From: Octopus sinensis
Lineage: Eukaryota
DNA: 64,000 bases
Assembly (NCBI RefSeq): GCF_006345805.1
Contig: NC_043000.1
Location: 124,186,001 to 124,250,000, forward strand
Direction of reading: 5' to 3'
The position numbers were made by a program, and so were the translations under genes. The notes beneath the pieces were generated by a model. The model worked only from the letters and a program-made list of their open reading frames with translations. It did not search any database and was not told where the DNA came from. Of the stretch, positions 60,849 to 64,000 are shown piece by piece; the first letter of the stretch is position 1; each line of letters starts with the position of its first letter.

Positions 60849-62682
60849 ACCTATGCTGGACCAATTGTCTTTGACTGAGGTTAAACTTCACCCTCCCCTC
60901 CTGAATGGGGCGCCAGTCCATCACAGAGTTAACTTCCCAGCTATTGCTAGAACTCATTGAAAGCTGAGTGAGCTGAAGCAATGTGAAATTAAGTGGTTTG
61001 GTCAAGAACAAACACCCTGTCTGATCTAGGAATCAAAACCACAATCTTTCAATCAGGAGCATAATACACTAACCACTAGGCTACACAGCTTCACATTCAC
61101 CATATTAAAAGCTGAGCCTGTTATTGTTGTCCTCTTTCTTTAGCTTCAGGTTAGCACTGCTTTTATCAATCCAGCCAACACTATCCCACCCTGTTTTTAT
61201 CCCTTTCTTTTTCTTTTTTTTTTAGTATTTGGCACACTTTACCCAGACTACATTATCTAATGTGCTTTTCCCTTATTAGGATAAACAAGTATGGTTTCAG
61301 AGAGATTTGGCTGCATTTTCGTGTAAGTCAAGTAACCATGTTTAGACTCCTTTTGTAAACTGGTTTGAAACAAGCAGTTATGTACCTTGTCAAAAGATAC
61401 ATCTTATAGCTGCAGTAAAATTTGAACTAATAATCAAGTAGTTTGGATTCCAACATTTTCTCCTTGCAGCTATTGTTTTAATATGTAATCTAATATTTTT
61501 TTGCTTCTCCTCTGTAACTGAATTTATTGAAGTTTTATATACAATACCAGGCATTATTCAAGAAAAGAGACTCAATGACCAATATATTATTTGAGAATCC
61601 TCATAATTCTGTATAAATATTTTATTTCAAATACACTATTTACGTTACTTTTATTACTTGCAACAGAGATACAGTTTTTTTAAAAAAACTTCTTTAACTT
61701 GCATTTCAATAGCAATCCATATAAGAAAATAATACACAGACACAATGAATAAACAAAATTTTAGCATGCTAAGAAGGGAGAGAGAGAGATACTAAGGGGA
61801 CAAAGAATGATTACAGTCCTTCTGAAATAAAGATAAATATGTATTTGTGTCCATTAAATGGATATGTGCATGTATGGCACACACATATACACACACACAT
61901 ATTGAATGAACACAAATACCTTTAGCATTACTTCAGCAGAACAGTTGTCATTCCCTGCTCTCTTTTTGTCTTTCAGTTTGTCTCTCTCTCTCTCTCTCTC
62001 AAGCTAAAATATTGTTCATTCACAAAAGGCTTTATCATGTGTTTAATACGTAGGCTTTATCCCTGTGTGTATGTTTTCACGTCTGTATGTGTCTTCCAGT
62101 TTGCACACATGTTCTAATACCTGTTATGCAACAACCGAAATAAGTTTCTTTTCTATTTTGATATAATAAGGGACAAAATTCCTCTATTTTGAAGATTCCA
62201 GGGTCCAGAAATGTAATGGAACTTATTTTGAGGTAAAAAGGACCAAAATTACATTAGACAAAAAATTTTATTGGCACACTGTACTGTTTTTCACTAAAAT
62301 CTCAGAAGGCACTGACAAATAAACAGATTCTGAATGCTAATTTTATAAAGAGTTGAGAAATTTGATCTAACAAAAACTATCAAACATGTCATAACAAAAA
62401 AGTAATCTTCCTTTCGAAAAAAGAGTAATAAAAGTACTATTTCTGTATGATGATTCCTTTATGTCAATTTTTCTGCAATGACTCTTGAGAAGATGATAAA
62501 CAAAAATATAATATCTTATTAGTGATTATTTATGAAATAAAACTGAGAATTTAAACTCTCAAATGGTGTAACAATTCCAAAACTAGAAACATCTGAACTA
62601 AAAAAAAAACTTATTGCAGTCAGAATCTGGTTAGTGTAAAAAAAAAAGAGAAAAAAAAAGTAAGGAAAAGAGCAATACTCAC

Positions 62683-62766
62683 TTATATATTAATGGTGGG
62701 GGTAACTGCAGTGGATGCTCTTTCTCTTCTTCCTTCAATATATTGTCTAATGTTCGTTCCAACATA
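62683..62766 (-). CDS. SOS: SOS exon (PH-REM helical linker); upstream exons lie outside the window
   Basis: (S)MLERTLDNILKEEEKEHPLQLPPPLIY(K), aligning to human STLERMLD...EEK...LP...YR with the R552 equivalent kept; AG/GT phase 2-2. Confidence 0.93.
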   Translation of the reverse strand, partial: YVGTNIRQYIEGRRERASTAVTPTINI

Positions 62767-64000
62767 CTGAAAAATAAACCAAATATTGATAATAGCGTCA
62801 CCTTGATTTTTAGCTGAAGCATGGAAATTTTTTTTTTTATATATCAGCAGCAATGAAATATAGAAATGTCAAATATAGCAATGAAATATAGAAATGTGAA
62901 ATATAGAAAAGTCAAATTGTGTACCAAATTTTAGAGCAGTCATGGTCAAATTGCAGCCTGCAAAACTTCTTGAATGGTGCACCTAATGAAAAATTTCCTT
63001 GAATTTTTCTAATAGTGCAACTTATGCCTGTTTTAAAGTATCTGTAACCTTAAACAATAAACTAATAATCTGTAGCAGAAGATCAATACTATTGTAATAT
63101 TGAAAGCAGTGAGGAGGAGTATAAGTAGTAAGATCGATTTTGTGAATACCCAGAGAATGCAATAAAAACTACTAGAAACATGTTTATTATCCTTTGCAAA
63201 GACAAATACGTTGTTTTAGAGAAGGAAAAAACTATACAGAGACAGATATAGCAAGGCTAACATTAGAAAAAAAAATAAATGAAATTTATGAAATGTAGCA
63301 TGGTATCAGTTATATTTCTGATGAGATTACTGAAAACACTTGGTAGAAAATAATGAACTACTTGTTGTTTTCCACTGAAGGTTAGAATAAAGTTTGATTT
63401 TCAAAACTTCCACCTAAAAAACTGTCGAAGACCTGCATGAAGGAATAATATTATCAATAAAGTTTCAGGCAAGCATTTGTTAAAACTGTTTGTTTAACTC
63501 CCTTCTCTTTGATTTACTCAACATACAATCATTTGGTAAAGTAACCAAATGCTTACAATGGATGGAAATGCTGTCCTGGATCTATCTGTCCATGACCACC
63601 TGGTTGGGAACTTCTCACCAGATCATTCAAAAGTGTGTTGATAGAGCTTTCTCCAACCTTCACTGTTAACTTGAGTGTGTATTAGGGCTCAGTAAACCTT
63701 TCTCACTCTCCCTTTCCTAGATTATTCATATACACATCTTCACAGATGATGTAACTCCACACTCTTGCATGACATTGCACACAAGACTTGGCTATGCCCA
63801 ATCACAACATAGTCTAATAAGGATATCATTAAAAGATCCAGAAAAAAGGACAGCTTAATCTAAAAACACAAACACTACACATCAAGAAATATTTACAACA
63901 CTGCATTTTAACAACTAACAAACATAGTTAAAACTATCATACACTCTACAAATATGCATGACCAAACGTTATTCACAAAAGCAAAACCAGAAAATACTTT

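Noticed and set aside
62849-62910. 28-bp tandem duplication GCAATGAAATATAGAAATGTCAAATATA
   Set aside because: Simple local slippage in an intron with no further structure.
62930-63480. Possible hAT/Charlie terminal sequence plus transposase relic
   Set aside because: Similarity is too degraded to support by eye, and no matching second TIR or TSD was found.

Overview
AT-rich, microsatellite- and TE-dense animal genomic DNA. The SINE families and composition point to a coleoid cephalopod, probably Octopus (inference). There are three protein-coding genes. (1) The 5' part of an SLCO/OATP organic anion transporter lies on the minus strand: three coding exons at 7253-7122, 2996-2687 and 1070-840, continuing off the left edge. 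(2) A complete single-coding-exon SLC25A51-like mitochondrial NAD+ carrier lies on the plus strand (26679-27554). (3) The 3' half of Son of sevenless lies on the minus strand: 12 exons from 62766 to the stop at 45672, about 702 aa covering the PH-REM linker, REM, Cdc25 and the Pro-rich tail. All SOS splice sites are GT-AG and the phases join consistently. The rest is several tRNA-derived SINE families; RTE, CR1/L2-like and R4/Dong LINE fragments; piggyBac-, hAT- and pogo-type MITEs; a non-autonomous Helitron; a mariner fragment; and many microsatellites. No CRISPR, rRNA or intact tRNA gene is supported, and I found no new multi-gene system. The leads most worth checking are: substitutions at otherwise conserved Ras-contact positions of SOS (equivalents of W729, R625, R826); decayed Penelope-type hammerhead ribozyme motifs, including an inverted pair; an apparent SINE 3'-transduction with source and offspring both in the window; a modular mono/di/trimeric SINE; a ~100-bp-arm palindrome in a SOS intron; a probable GC-AG intron in the OATP; and a possible ~7 kb SOS 3'UTR. 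Residue numbering against human proteins is from my own manual alignment to remembered sequences, and repeat boundaries are approximate unless a TSD/TIR is quoted.
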